In this document: positions 19,321 to 29,535 of the stretch, piece by piece
Position numbering within the stretch: the first letter of the stretch is position 1
How the letters are laid out: every line of letters begins with the position of its first letter
NCBI GenBank assembly: GCA_947478395.1
Contig: CANJVR010000008.1
Location: forward strand, 32,001 to 96,000
Direction of reading: 5' to 3'
Source of the DNA: Opitutia bacterium
Lineage (GTDB): Bacteria > Verrucomicrobiota > Verrucomicrobiia > Opitutales > Opitutaceae
DNA length: 64,000 nucleotides
The notes under the pieces: model-generated
Database searches by the model: none
Told to the model about the DNA's origin: nothing
The model's input: the letters and a program-made list of their open reading frames with translations, nothing else
Program-made: the position numbers and the translations under genes

Positions 19321-21477
19321 CTACAAACCGCCGGGGGCCGTTCCGGCCGGCGCGAGCCCGCGCCGCAGCAAGAGCGGTTTTAAGTCGAGTTCGCCGCCCG
19401 TGAAGTTTTTGAAAAGCGTCATCGCGTCCTCGCTACCACCACGCGAAAGCAGGACCTGACGGAAGCGATCGCCGTTCGCGCGCGTCAGACCGCCGTGCTG
19501 TTTGAACCACTCCACGCTGTCGGCATCGAGTACCTCACTCCAAATGTACGAGTAGTATCCGGCGGAATATCCGCCGGAAAAAATATGCTGGAAATAGGTG
19601 CTGCGATAACGCGGCGGCACGACGGCGTAATCGGCGCCGGCTTTTTTCAATGCGGTGGCTTCAAAAGCGGGCACGGCGGTGGCACTCGGAATTTCCCCCG
19701 GTTTGAGCTGATGCCACGCCTGGTCGAGGAGCATGGCGGCTAATAGCTCGGCCGTTTTGAAGCCCTGATTGAACCGGCTGGCGGCCTCGACCTTTTCGAC
19801 GAGCGCGAGCGGCATCGGTTCGCCGGTCTTATAATGCTTCGCGTAGTGCTTCAAAACTTCCGGCCAGGTCCGCCACATTTCGTTCACCTGCGACGGATAT
19901 TCGACGAAGTCGCGGGGGACGCGCGTGCCGCTGAATCGCGGATAGGTCACATTGGAAAACATGCCGTGCAACGCGTGCCCGAATTCGTGGAAGATCGTGC
20001 GCGTTTCATCCCACGTGAGCAGCGTGGGCTCGCCGGCGGTGGGCAGCGGGATGTTGAGATGGTTGGCAACAACCGATTGGGTCCCGAGCAGTTTCGACTG
20101 GGAAACGTAGGCGTTCATCCACGCTCCGCCGCGCTTCGAGGGCCGGGCGTAGTAGTCGCCGATAAAAATCGCGAGCGGTTTGCCGTCGGCATCGAACACG
20201 TCGAAAACGCGCACCGTCGGTTCGTAGACCGGCAGGTCGTGTCGTTCCTTGAACGTCAGTCCGTACAGTTTTTCCGCGGCGTAGAACACGCCGTCGATCA
20301 AAACGTGATTCAGTTCGAGATACGGCCGCAGCTGGGCCTCGTCGAATGCGTAGCGCGACTGGCGCAGTTTCTCGGCGTAGAAAGCGCGGTCCGCGGCGGT
20401 GATGGCGAAGCCACCGTGGTCGGCGTCGACGAGGGCCTGTTCGTCGGCCACTTCGCGACGGGCGTTGGCGACGGCCGGAACGGCGAGATCGGCCAGCAGT
20501 CGGTTGACGACAGCGACGCTGCCGGCGGTTTGCTCCTCGAGTTGGAAAGCGGCGTGGTGTTCGTAGCCGAGCAGTTGGGCGCGCTCGGCTCGCAGCCGTG
20601 CGATGTGGGCGACGGTGGCGGTCAGGTCGAAGGGCCCGCCGCGGCTGCCGCGGGCGAGGGCAGCGGCGAGCAGTTTTTCGCGCGTGGCCCGGTTTTGCAG
20701 TGACTCCAGTTGCGGCTGGCCGGAGGTATTTTGGAGTCGCAGCAGAAATTTTCCGTTCTGGCCGGCGGCTTTCGCGGCGGTGGCGGCCGCATCGATTTCT
20801 TTTTCGCTGAGACCGGCCAGTTCGGCGCGGGAGTCGATGATTGCGCCGGCCGCATTGGTTTCGTCGAGGAGCGCCTGGGAGAACTGCGTCGAAAGAGTGG
20901 CGAGCTCCGCGTTGATGGCCTTGAGCTTGGTTTTGTTCGGGTCGGAGAGACGGGCGCCGGCGCGGACGAAATCGGTTTGGTAGCGCCACAGTAGGCGGCT
21001 CGCTTCGGCGTCGAGACCGAGTGCGCCGCGCGCCTCGTACAGCGTTTGAACGCGGGCGAAGAGCGTTGGGTTGAGCAGAATGGCGTCGCGCTGCGCGGCG
21101 AACTTGGGCGCCATGTCGGCCTCGATTTTCTTGAGCTCAGGATTGGTATGCGCACCTGCGAGGCTGGAGAAAATAATTTCGGCCCGATTGCGGAGCGCGC
21201 CCGCTTTTTCGAGCGCGACGATCGTGTTTTCGAACGTGGGCGGCGCGGGATGGTTTGCGATGGCGTCGATTTCCTTGAGCTCGTCGGCGAGGCCTTGAGC
21301 AAACGCCGGGGCGAAGTGTTCCGTCTTGATCAGATCGAATCGCGGATAGTGAAACGGTAGTGAGCTCTCGACGAACAGGGGATTCGACGGCGTTTCGGCG
21401 GCGCGAACACGGGTGTTCGCGATTACGCAGAGCGCGGTGACGGCGATAACGGCGGCGCAGGGAATTTTTCTTGGCAT
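19321..21477 (-). CDS. dcp: M3 metallopeptidase (peptidyl-dipeptidase Dcp-like), secreted
   Basis: KRGGAWM, FHEFGHALHGMFS, PRDFVEYPSQVNE, YSAGYYSYIWSEVLDAD. Confidence 0.92.
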   Translation of the reverse strand: MPRKIPCAAVIAVTALCVIANTRVRAAETPSNPLFVESSLPFHYPRFDLIKTEHFAPAFAQGLADELKEIDAIANHPAPPTFENTIVALEKAGALRNRAEIIFSSLAGAHTNPELKKIEADMAPKFAAQRDAILLNPTLFARVQTLYEARGALGLDAEASRLLWRYQTDFVRAGARLSDPNKTKLKAINAELATLSTQFSQALLDETNAAGAIIDSRAELAGLSEKEIDAAATAAKAAGQNGKFLLRLQNTSGQPQLESLQNRATREKLLAAALARGSRGGPFDLTATVAHIARLRAERAQLLGYEHHAAFQLEEQTAGSVAVVNRLLADLAVPAVANARREVADEQALVDADHGGFAITAADRAFYAEKLRQSRYAFDEAQLRPYLELNHVLIDGVFYAAEKLYGLTFKERHDLPVYEPTVRVFDVFDADGKPLAIFIGDYYARPSKRGGAWMNAYVSQSKLLGTQSVVANHLNIPLPTAGEPTLLTWDETRTIFHEFGHALHGMFSNVTYPRFSGTRVPRDFVEYPSQVNEMWRTWPEVLKHYAKHYKTGEPMPLALVEKVEAASRFNQGFKTAELLAAMLLDQAWHQLKPGEIPSATAVPAFEATALKKAGADYAVVPPRYRSTYFQHIFSGGYSAGYYSYIWSEVLDADSVEWFKQHGGLTRANGDRFRQVLLSRGGSEDAMTLFKNFTGGELDLKPLLLRRGLAPAGTAPGGL

Positions 21478-21572
21478 GGCCGCAGCTTGCGGCCGATGCG
21501 GGCCGTGGCAAGGCGGTCGTGGGCGAACGCGCTCCGGCGTTGCGCGCCGACCCGCTCAAGAGGGAAATCGAA

Positions 21573-21690
21573 CTAACGCAGTTTAAGTTTTTCCGGGGCC
21601 GTTTGATGTGGCTAGCCCGTAGCGGCAGGCGTCCTCATGACGGCAGGCAGGGACGCCTGCCGCTACGTCGCGAGCTACTACGCTTTCCGT
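21573..21690 (+). mobile_element. MITE-like element with internal GTAG-REP hairpin, copy A
   Basis: gtttaagtttttccggggccg...gtagcggcaggcgtcc...ggacgcctgccgctacgtcg; matches four other copies. Confidence 0.65.
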
Positions 21691-21781
21691 TTCGACCAAT
21701 CGAGCGAACCCTCGACGGAGGAGAGACTCTGCAAATTCCACTCGTGGGGAGGGTGACCGCCGGGCGGGGTGTGTGCGGGAA

Positions 21782-23140
21782 CTACACCCCGGCCAGACGC
21801 GCGTCGGCGTCCCCGAAGCGTGGGAGCTGCACGCCCGCACGATCCATCAGCGAGAGATAGAGGCTGCAGAGTTTGCGGTTTTCGTTGCCCTTGTCCGTGT
21901 AGTCGAGCACCCGCCCGGTTTCCAACGTGCCGCCGAGGCCTCCGACCGTGACGAGCGGCACCTTGCTGTTGTCGTGCCGTGTGCCGGAAAACATGTTCGA
22001 GAGATACATGAGGCAGGTATTGTCCAGCACCGTGCCCTCGCCCTCGGGCATCGCGTCGAGGCGGCCGGCGAGATAAGCGAGATTGCTGACATAATATCGC
22101 GCGATGCGTTCGTAGTCCTCCGACTGGTCGTCGTGGGAAGCGCCGTGGTGCGCTTTTTTCACGTTGAGGAACGGATAAAGCAGACCGGAAATATCGCGGC
22201 ACAAAAGCAGCGAAACGACGCGTGTTTTATCGGTCTGAAACGCGAGCGCGACGATGTCGCACATGAGTTTCATATGCTCGCGAATGTCTTCGGGGAGACC
22301 GTTGTCCGGCCGCTTCATCGCGACCAAAGGCTGGCCCCGATTTTTCGCATTATCTTCCGCCTTGGCTTGATCGCCGCGCATGCGATCCACCCGCTTCTCC
22401 ACCTCGCGCACGCTGCTGAGATATTCGTCCAACTTTACATGATCGGCCGCGCTGATCTGGCGGGTGAGCCGGTCCGCGTCCTCTTTGACGCGATCGAGAA
22501 TGCTCTGCGAGCGGCGACTGCCGCGGTTTTCGAACAGACTGTCGAAAGCGAGCGACGGATAAACCTCCATTGGCACCGGCGAATCGGCGTTCTCCCATGA
22601 GATATGGGAGCCGTAGGCCATGGAGAAGTTTGTCTCATGGTAACCCGTGGTCGGCTGCTCGCATCCCAGAACCATGCTGGGCTGCATCGTCTCTTGCCCC
22701 AGCCGCGTGGCGAGCACCTGGTCCATGCTCACGCCACCGTGAAGCACCGCGCCCTTCATGAGTGGCATACCGGAAAGGAGATTCCCCGTCATGCCCGGAT
22801 GAATGCCGACCCCCGTGGCGAACTTGTTGTAGAGCCCGTTGATGACATTCAGTTTAGTTCGGAATGGCTCAAGTGGCGTGAGCGTTTTGCTGAGCTCCAT
22901 GTCCGCACCCGCACCCTTGGCCCACCAATGGTTCGGACTGATGCCGTTAGCTTGGAACAAGACTGCAAAGCGCTTCGGATAAGGATTGGGCGTGGCCGCT
23001 GTGGGCAAAGCCTCGCTGCCCCAAACCGGAAGCGACTCGAGCCACGGGAGCGACATCATCACGCCGGCGCCATGGAGAAATCTGCGCCGTGAGATTTGGT
23101 AACGGAGGACGTCGGGGGTATTTTGATTATTCGCGGACAT
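21782..23140 (-). CDS. DUF1552 family protein with Tat-like signal
   Basis: SRRRFLHGAG..MSLPWLESL, SMDQVLA, KLDEYLSSVREVEKR, LAFQTDKTRV, EGEGTVLDNT. Confidence 0.9.
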   Translation of the reverse strand: MSANNQNTPDVLRYQISRRRFLHGAGVMMSLPWLESLPVWGSEALPTAATPNPYPKRFAVLFQANGISPNHWWAKGAGADMELSKTLTPLEPFRTKLNVINGLYNKFATGVGIHPGMTGNLLSGMPLMKGAVLHGGVSMDQVLATRLGQETMQPSMVLGCEQPTTGYHETNFSMAYGSHISWENADSPVPMEVYPSLAFDSLFENRGSRRSQSILDRVKEDADRLTRQISAADHVKLDEYLSSVREVEKRVDRMRGDQAKAEDNAKNRGQPLVAMKRPDNGLPEDIREHMKLMCDIVALAFQTDKTRVVSLLLCRDISGLLYPFLNVKKAHHGASHDDQSEDYERIARYYVSNLAYLAGRLDAMPEGEGTVLDNTCLMYLSNMFSGTRHDNSKVPLVTVGGLGGTLETGRVLDYTDKGNENRKLCSLYLSLMDRAGVQLPRFGDADARLAGV

Positions 23141-26100
23141 AGTGGGTAACGGTGGCGAAGATTTCGGGGGTGCGTTTGGTTAAAAATTGCGGGCTCGTTA
23201 CGATGCTTTCCACGAGCGTGCTGAAACGATGGCCGTTGGCGGCGAGCTTGGAACGCATCTCGGCAATGAGCAGATCGTCGGATGGAAGCAACGTCCGCCC
23301 CAACGCGTAGGAGGTAAGTTTGCGGCTCAGGTTGTCGACGAAGTCGGCCTCCCGGGAGTCGTGCAGAAATGCCCGCAGGCCCGCGACGCCGCTGCGCTCG
23401 CTCCCGCCGGGAAACTGGGCCCGGGTGTCGACCGCACGGTCACCCAGATCCTTTTCCCTTCGCTCGCCGATGGGGCCGAACCCCTCGAAGACCAGGCCGA
23501 AGGAATCGAAGCGGGCGTGGCAGCTCGCGCAGGATTTATCCTCGCGGTGCCTGGCCAGCGCATCGCGCAAACTGAGGCCAACCATCTTGGATTCATCGGG
23601 GGGCAGCGCAGGGACATTGGGGGGCGGAGCCGGAATGCGTTCACCGAGGATGCGGCGCACGACCCAGTTGCCGCGCTTCACGGGACTCGTGCGCAATCCG
23701 GGTGAGTTGGCCGTGAGGAAAACCGCCATCGGCAGGAGACCGCCGCGATCGAATTTATCCGCATGATCCACGCGCACCCAATGATCGGGGGCGCCGGCGA
23801 CGGCGGGCATGCCGTAGTGTTGGGCGAGCCCGGGGTTCACGAAGGTATAATCGCCATAGATAAAATTCAGCACTGACTTGTCGCTTTGAACGAGATCGAG
23901 GGTGAAGCGCACGGGCTCCTCGAACATCGCTTCGCGCAGCTCATTCGTGAATGCCGGGAAACGCTCGCGATCGACCGTGTTGCTTTCCTCGAAGCGGCGG
24001 AAGTCGAGCCAGTTGCCGCCGAACTCAACGCTCAGGTGGCGAATGCGGTCGTCCTTGAGCATCCGGCGGGCTTGGGCGGCGAGAACCTTGGGTTGGTGCA
24101 GATCGCCCGCGGCCGCATGGGTCAGCAATTCGGCATCGGGCATCGTGGACCACAGAAAATAACTCAACCGGCTTGCGAGCGCATAATCCGATAGCGGCTC
24201 GGTTTCAGCCAACTGCGGCCGCGCCGGCGCCAAAGGTCCGAAGCTCCTAAAGAGAGATGCAAACCAGCCCTTTTTCGCCGGCGTGGCGGCGACCTGAGGC
24301 GGATTCGCCGATACGCCGAGATCGATGCGATAAAGAAAATTCGGCGACATCAAAACGCGGGCGATGCAGTCGCGCATCGCCTCTTCGTGATCGAGGCCGC
24401 CCTGTGCGCGCGCCTCATGATAGAAGGCCAGAATGCGCTCGCCTTCCGTGGGCGCGAGCGGCCGCCGATAGGCGCGAGCCGCAAAATTCTGCACCGCTGT
24501 GAGGTGGCTGACCTCGGCGGCGGTGTGGGCTGCGTCGAAATGCTGGATTTCAGCCGCGGTGCGTTGAAAGTGATCCTTGATCGCCGCCTGGACGGCCTCG
24601 TTCGCCTTCATTCGGATGGCCTTCGCGAGATAGAGCTCGCCGAGTTGTTTAACTTTAGCCGGCTCCGTCACGGATTTATCCTCGGAGCGGAAGGCAAAAA
24701 ATTCTTCTGAATTCAAAAAAGCCGAATCCGTGTGCTCATACCAAAGCTGGCCGGTGTAGGTCCGCTGCGGGATCGCCGCCACATAGAAGAAATCCTGCCA
24801 CATCGCATCGAGCTCGCGGCGCCCGGCATCACTGAGAATCAAATCGTACAACGGACCGTCGTCGCGGAAGTAGCCCGTCATACTGTGGTAGCCCGCGCTC
24901 AACAGGCGGCCCGAGAGAATTTTCTCGGCCTCCGGATTGGCGTAAACGCGCGCGCGCTCGCTAATGTAGAACGTGTCGGGAAACACGGAGGCAAAACGCG
25001 CGAAAGACGCCTCGTAGGCCGGGCGCTGCGCCGGATCGGCCGGAATGACGAGCTCGGGCTCCGGCACCCGCGTGCGGGACGCCGCCATTTTGTAGGTCGC
25101 GGACGTGGCCGCGTTCGGGTTGACGGGGACCGGGCGACGCGGACCGCTTCCACCCGCGGTCGGGGCGCTGCCCGCCGTTGCAGTTGGTTGCACCACGGGT
25201 TCACCTGCGACCTGTAAGGCCGTCGGATCGTAGCGCCGGCGGTTCGCTGCCATCTCGCGGTTTTTCCAGAGAACGAACACGGGCGAGCCATCGATGATGC
25301 CAGGTGAACGCATGTTCGCGATGTCGGGAATGATCTGGTCGCGCAGCTTCATCACATAATTGCGCATCATCTCGCAGCCGGCGCGCAAAGCGGGATCGGA
25401 CGGTGACGTCGCAGCCGGTAGCGCGCGCCACATCGCTTGGAGCTTGGCGACGGGCCCGACCTTTTCCGGCGCCTCCGCGAGGAACGACCACACCATCGCG
25501 AGATATTGCGGTGCGAGTTTCGATTCAGCGGCGATGGTGGTGAGCGTGGCCTTTGGCTGGTTCAGCGCGGTGCGATTTTGGAAACGCCAGGCCGCTTGAA
25601 AGTAGTCGGCGAAATCGGTCGGCTGCCGTTGATAGAAATCGATAATTTTCTGGGTGAAATACAGGTCGCGGTCTGTGTCGGCGAGGACGGGGTTGGGCGC
25701 GAAGTCGATGCCGTCGAGTTTCAGGACCAAGTGCTCCGCGACTTTCTGCGCGGCACCGAGGTATTTTTTCAACAGGGCAGGTGACATCGCCAGGGATTCT
25801 CCCGTGTTGTCGAAGCCGGCCTGATTAGCGGGATCGACCGGAAATTCCTTGGTGGGCCGGAGGTCGGCGCCGGTCAGATCGCGAATCGTGTAATCATACT
25901 CGGCGTTGCTGAGCCGCCGGGCGAGAACGGGACCGGGGTCGCCGGCGTGCTTGGACGCTTCATTTTTTCGCAGCTCGCGGATCCACGTCACGACTTCCTG
26001 GCGCTGTTTGTCCGACGGAAATTTCTTCGCCTTCTCCGCCGGCATCTCGCCGGCTTCGACCCGTTCGAGAATGAGATTCCAGTGATCGAAATCGCGGAGC

Positions 26101-26312
26101 ACCGCACGGAGGCTCGTGAACTGGGTTAGATCGAGCTCGGCCTCGGGCTTGTCCTGACCGTGACATGAAAGGCAGTAGGTTTCCACGAACGGGTGCACCG
26201 TGGTTTTGAACGTGCGCTCAAGCGTGGCCTCGGCGGTCTCCGCAGAAATGGCCGGACGTACCAGCAGAGCAGAGGTCGGGAGAAGAATCGCGAAAAGGGC
26301 GCGGGATATCAT
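23127..26312 (-). CDS. DUF1592/DUF1588 (PSD) family cytochrome c-like protein
   Basis: CLSCH and CASCH heme motifs, RRLSNAEYDYTIRDL, LASRLSYFLWSTMPD, TSPVKRGNWV; overlaps the DUF1552 gene. Confidence 0.9.
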   Translation of the reverse strand: MISRALFAILLPTSALLVRPAISAETAEATLERTFKTTVHPFVETYCLSCHGQDKPEAELDLTQFTSLRAVLRDFDHWNLILERVEAGEMPAEKAKKFPSDKQRQEVVTWIRELRKNEASKHAGDPGPVLARRLSNAEYDYTIRDLTGADLRPTKEFPVDPANQAGFDNTGESLAMSPALLKKYLGAAQKVAEHLVLKLDGIDFAPNPVLADTDRDLYFTQKIIDFYQRQPTDFADYFQAAWRFQNRTALNQPKATLTTIAAESKLAPQYLAMVWSFLAEAPEKVGPVAKLQAMWRALPAATSPSDPALRAGCEMMRNYVMKLRDQIIPDIANMRSPGIIDGSPVFVLWKNREMAANRRRYDPTALQVAGEPVVQPTATAGSAPTAGGSGPRRPVPVNPNAATSATYKMAASRTRVPEPELVIPADPAQRPAYEASFARFASVFPDTFYISERARVYANPEAEKILSGRLLSAGYHSMTGYFRDDGPLYDLILSDAGRRELDAMWQDFFYVAAIPQRTYTGQLWYEHTDSAFLNSEEFFAFRSEDKSVTEPAKVKQLGELYLAKAIRMKANEAVQAAIKDHFQRTAAEIQHFDAAHTAAEVSHLTAVQNFAARAYRRPLAPTEGERILAFYHEARAQGGLDHEEAMRDCIARVLMSPNFLYRIDLGVSANPPQVAATPAKKGWFASLFRSFGPLAPARPQLAETEPLSDYALASRLSYFLWSTMPDAELLTHAAAGDLHQPKVLAAQARRMLKDDRIRHLSVEFGGNWLDFRRFEESNTVDRERFPAFTNELREAMFEEPVRFTLDLVQSDKSVLNFIYGDYTFVNPGLAQHYGMPAVAGAPDHWVRVDHADKFDRGGLLPMAVFLTANSPGLRTSPVKRGNWVVRRILGERIPAPPPNVPALPPDESKMVGLSLRDALARHREDKSCASCHARFDSFGLVFEGFGPIGERREKDLGDRAVDTRAQFPGGSERSGVAGLRAFLHDSREADFVDNLSRKLTSYALGRTLLPSDDLLIAEMRSKLAANGHRFSTLVESIVTSPQFLTKRTPEIFATVTHYVRE

Positions 26313-26674
26313 CGGTGGGGCGGACGGGGTAGGATCGAGCGAGCCAGGAAAACGAAGGGGAGAGTCTGTGGCGAAAAGACGGCTGAAGTCCCGAAAAGAA
26401 TTGAGTCGCGCGGGTGAATTCTGGCGCCCGTCTCCGTTTTGGGAAATGCGGTCAGGCGCCGATCCAAATTACCGGGCAGCTCCAATTGGGAATGTCTTGG
26501 CGAGATGGACTAAGCGCGCTGGGCCGAACCAGCGGGATCCCTTTGTCGCGGGGCGGCGCGCCGTGACCATGACTCGAACATCCCCGTAAATGCGGCATCG
26601 CCGGGGACGGAAGGACGGTAAATGCTCGCCAGACCTTCACCGCCTCTCTCCCGATTCCTGCACCACCGCCGCCC

Positions 26675-27286
26675 ATGAAAATAAAATCCGCCGAATTCAA
26701 GATTAGCGCGCCCGAATTGCGCGACTGCCCCGATTGGCCCTTGCCGGAATTCGCGTTCATCGGTCGGTCCAACGTCGGCAAGTCATCGCTGATCAACCTG
26801 CTGACTGAGCGGCGCGATCTCGCCAAGGTCTCCGACGCGCCGGGCAAAACGAAGCTCATTAACTTTTTTATCGTGAATGGGGCGTGGGCACTCGTCGATC
26901 TGCCGGGCTACGGTTACGCGGAGGTGGGCAAGCAGCGGGGCCTTGAGTTCAATGAGGCCGTGGCGGGTTTCCTCGCGGGCCGGAGGAATCTGCGCTGCGT
27001 TTTCGTGCTGATCGATTCCCGACTTCCTCCTCAACCCATCGATCTCGAATTCCTGCGCTGGCTCGAGGGCTGCACGGTGCCGTATGCCCTCATTTTCACG
27101 AAGACCGACAAACAATCGGCGGGGAAAGGTCAGGCCAACATCGACGTTTTCATGAATGCCGTGGCCACGTGGCGGGCCGAGTTGCCGCCCGTGCTGGCGA
27201 GTTCGTCGAAAACCCGCATCGGGCGCTCCGACATTCTCGGTTATATCGCGAAGGTTCTGGCGGAGGCCAACCGGTCGAGTGGTTGA
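26675..27286 (+). CDS. engB: Ribosome biogenesis GTPase YihA/YsxC
   Basis: GRSNVGKSSLIN, PGKTKLINFF, VDLPGYGYA, TKTDK. Confidence 0.95.
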   Translation: MKIKSAEFKISAPELRDCPDWPLPEFAFIGRSNVGKSSLINLLTERRDLAKVSDAPGKTKLINFFIVNGAWALVDLPGYGYAEVGKQRGLEFNEAVAGFLAGRRNLRCVFVLIDSRLPPQPIDLEFLRWLEGCTVPYALIFTKTDKQSAGKGQANIDVFMNAVATWRAELPPVLASSSKTRIGRSDILGYIAKVLAEANRSSG

Positions 27287-27397
27287 TGGGACGGAACGAT
27301 CGCGCCAAATTCCGCGGGTGAGATGCGATTCCGCGACCGGCAGGCCGCGGCGCGCAAAATCTCGACAGGACTCGGACGATACGCGGAGATCGCGGAC

Positions 27398-27724
27398 ATG
27401 GCCCTGCCCAACACACCAGTCGACCGCCTGCGATTCATCGCATTTTGGGAGGGAATTTCATTTTTACTCCTGCTCGTCGTCGCGATGCCGTTGAAATATT
27501 TTGCCGGCTGGCCCCTCGGCGTCCGCGTCGTGGGCATGGCGCATGGGATCTTGTTCGTTCTTTACGTCGGTGCGACGGTCATGGCGGCTCGCAGTGGCCG
27601 TTGGTCGTTGGGCCGCACGGCGCTGGTGCTCGTAGCGAGCGTACTGCCGGCCGGGCCCTTTATTGTAGACGCAAAAATTCTGAGTTCCGCCGGTAAAAGT
27701 CAGACGGGCTCAGAGCGCGGCTAA
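27398..27724 (+). CDS. DUF3817 membrane protein
   Basis: RFIAFWEGISFLLLLVVAMPLKY, GMAHGILFVLY, ASVLPAGPF. Confidence 0.85.
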   Translation: MALPNTPVDRLRFIAFWEGISFLLLLVVAMPLKYFAGWPLGVRVVGMAHGILFVLYVGATVMAARSGRWSLGRTALVLVASVLPAGPFIVDAKILSSAGKSQTGSERG

Positions 27725-27899
27725 GAATCACGGCGCGCACGGGGCTCGTTTGCGATCGCGCTGAGCGGCGACGCCGGCGGCTTGCCCCACGTCGCGGGCT
27801 CGGGTCCATCCGACGTTGAACCGCTCGCTTGAAGCGCGAAATCGCGGACGGTGAAATTGTCGAGGGATGTGTCCCCGGCGACGTCACTAGGCCGTCGGC

Positions 27900-28583
27900 T
27901 CACCAGGAAAATTCGCTGGTTTCGTGCCGGTCTTTTTTCCGGATGGGTTTTTCCGGCGGTGGTTGATCGACGCGGACCATTTCGCCCGGATAGGGAACGC
28001 AGTGAGCTAGGACGCGATCGGCCACCATCGGCTCGGCGCCGATCCAAGTGTGCGGGCCTTCGGCGGAAAGGATCACTGGCATTCGGTCGTGCGGCAGGGC
28101 GGCGATCAGCGCGTTGGGCTTCGTGGTGACGATGGCAAAGCCCCGTCCTTTTTTGTCGGGGTCATCGGCCCACACGCCGGCAAAGTAGAAATTTTTCTCC
28201 CCGGGCAGGTGAAAGAGCACCTGCCATTTATGGCCCTTCGGTCCCGCCCACTCGAAGAAACCGTCGGCGGGGATGAGGCATCGGCCGTGATTCACGGACC
28301 ACCGCCAAATGTTTTTTGAGAAAAGGGCGTCGTCGCGGGCGTTGACGACTGGCCGGCTCGGTAGAGTTTTCTCGTGGTGCGGCCAGACGCCCCAGCGCAT
28401 GGAGGTTAACCGCCGCGCGCCGGCGTCCGCGTAGATCACGGGCATCCGGTGCTTGGAATAACCATACGTGTCGCCGGGAAAATCCGCGTCGAAATCACGG
28501 CGGTCCGATACCATCGAGCCCCACTCTTGGAGTAGGAGTTCGCGCCGCTCAGCGCTCTTGCTCGCTTGGTATCGATTACACAT
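27900..28583 (-). CDS. SRAP (YedK/HMCES) abasic-site protection protein
   Basis: N-terminal MCNRY (Cys2), MRWG, NAR, RCLIPADGFFEW, HDRMPVIL. Confidence 0.92.
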   Translation of the reverse strand: MCNRYQASKSAERRELLLQEWGSMVSDRRDFDADFPGDTYGYSKHRMPVIYADAGARRLTSMRWGVWPHHEKTLPSRPVVNARDDALFSKNIWRWSVNHGRCLIPADGFFEWAGPKGHKWQVLFHLPGEKNFYFAGVWADDPDKKGRGFAIVTTKPNALIAALPHDRMPVILSAEGPHTWIGAEPMVADRVLAHCVPYPGEMVRVDQPPPEKPIRKKDRHETSEFSW

Positions 28584-28658
28584 GGCGCAAGCAGGGCGGC
28601 CGGACGCGGTGGGGGAAAATGTCGGCGCGGCTCGACCGCGTGCGATGCTGGCTTCGGC

Positions 28659-29183
28659 TTAGCTGGCCGGGACGAGCTTCACGCTTTCGAGGGCGACGCG
28701 CTCGATCGGGGTGCTCTTTTCGCCGCCGCCGCCGGACTTGGTAGGGACGTTGGCCAATTTTTCCAGCACGTCATCGCCCGCGACGATTTCACCGAAGGCG
28801 GTGTACTGGCGGTCGAGAAATTTCGCGTCGCCATGGACGAGGAAAAACTGGGAACCAGCCGAATCGGGATCTGAGGAGCGCGCCATCGAGATGACGCCGC
28901 GCACGTGCGACTTGGCATTGAACTCCGCCTTCACCTGCCAGCCGGGACCGCCCGTGCCGGGCATGCCTTTTTCGCCGGCCTTGGTGTTGGGGCAGCCGCC
29001 TTGGATCATGAATCCCTTGATGATGCGGTGAAACGCGGTGCCGTCATAAAAGCCCGAACGCGCGAGCTTCTTGAAATTCTCCACGGTCTTCGGCGCGACA
29101 TCGGACCAGAAGGCGATCGTGATGTCGCCGTACGACGTTTTGAGGACAGCATTTTCTTTAACCGAGGGCTTGGGAGTGCTCAT
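28659..29183 (-). CDS. Cyclophilin-type peptidyl-prolyl isomerase
   Basis: APKTVENF, FYDGTAFHRII.GFMIQGG, ISMAR, SAGSQFF, YTAFG; ATG at 29183. Confidence 0.95.
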   Translation of the reverse strand: MSTPKPSVKENAVLKTSYGDITIAFWSDVAPKTVENFKKLARSGFYDGTAFHRIIKGFMIQGGCPNTKAGEKGMPGTGGPGWQVKAEFNAKSHVRGVISMARSSDPDSAGSQFFLVHGDAKFLDRQYTAFGEIVAGDDVLEKLANVPTKSGGGGEKSTPIERVALESVKLVPAS

Positions 29184-29401
29184 TAGAAGGGCCAGCGAAC
29201 CGGTCGCTTTTCCGCGCGGCAAGACCAATTTCGCTGACGGGATTTTGACCTCTGCTTCCCACCGAGAGCAGGCTGGCGCGGATGCGGCCTCGGGCTCGAT
29301 CGCCAGGGCTGCCACCGATTGCCGCCGCGGCGGTTTAACCATCGTGGTCACAGCCCTGGCGTCGCCGAGATGGGGGAGCCGCGCGTTGTCCGGCGAACTT
29401 A

Positions 29402-29535
29402 CTAGAGGGGTTTAGAAAAAGCCTCGCTGCGAGCGACGTAGCAGCAGGCGTCCCTGCCTGCCGAAACGAGGACGCCGAACCCGGCAGGCAGGGACGCCTG
29501 CCGCTACAAAAATCGGTCACGGAAAAGCTAAAGCG
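29402..29535 (-). mobile_element. MITE-like element with GTAG-REP doublet, copy B; its end overlaps the phosphoesterase stop codon
   Basis: ctagaggggtttag...gtagcagcaggcgtccctgcctgccg...cggcaggcagggacgcctgccgctac...gtcacggaaaagctaaagcg. Confidence 0.7.
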
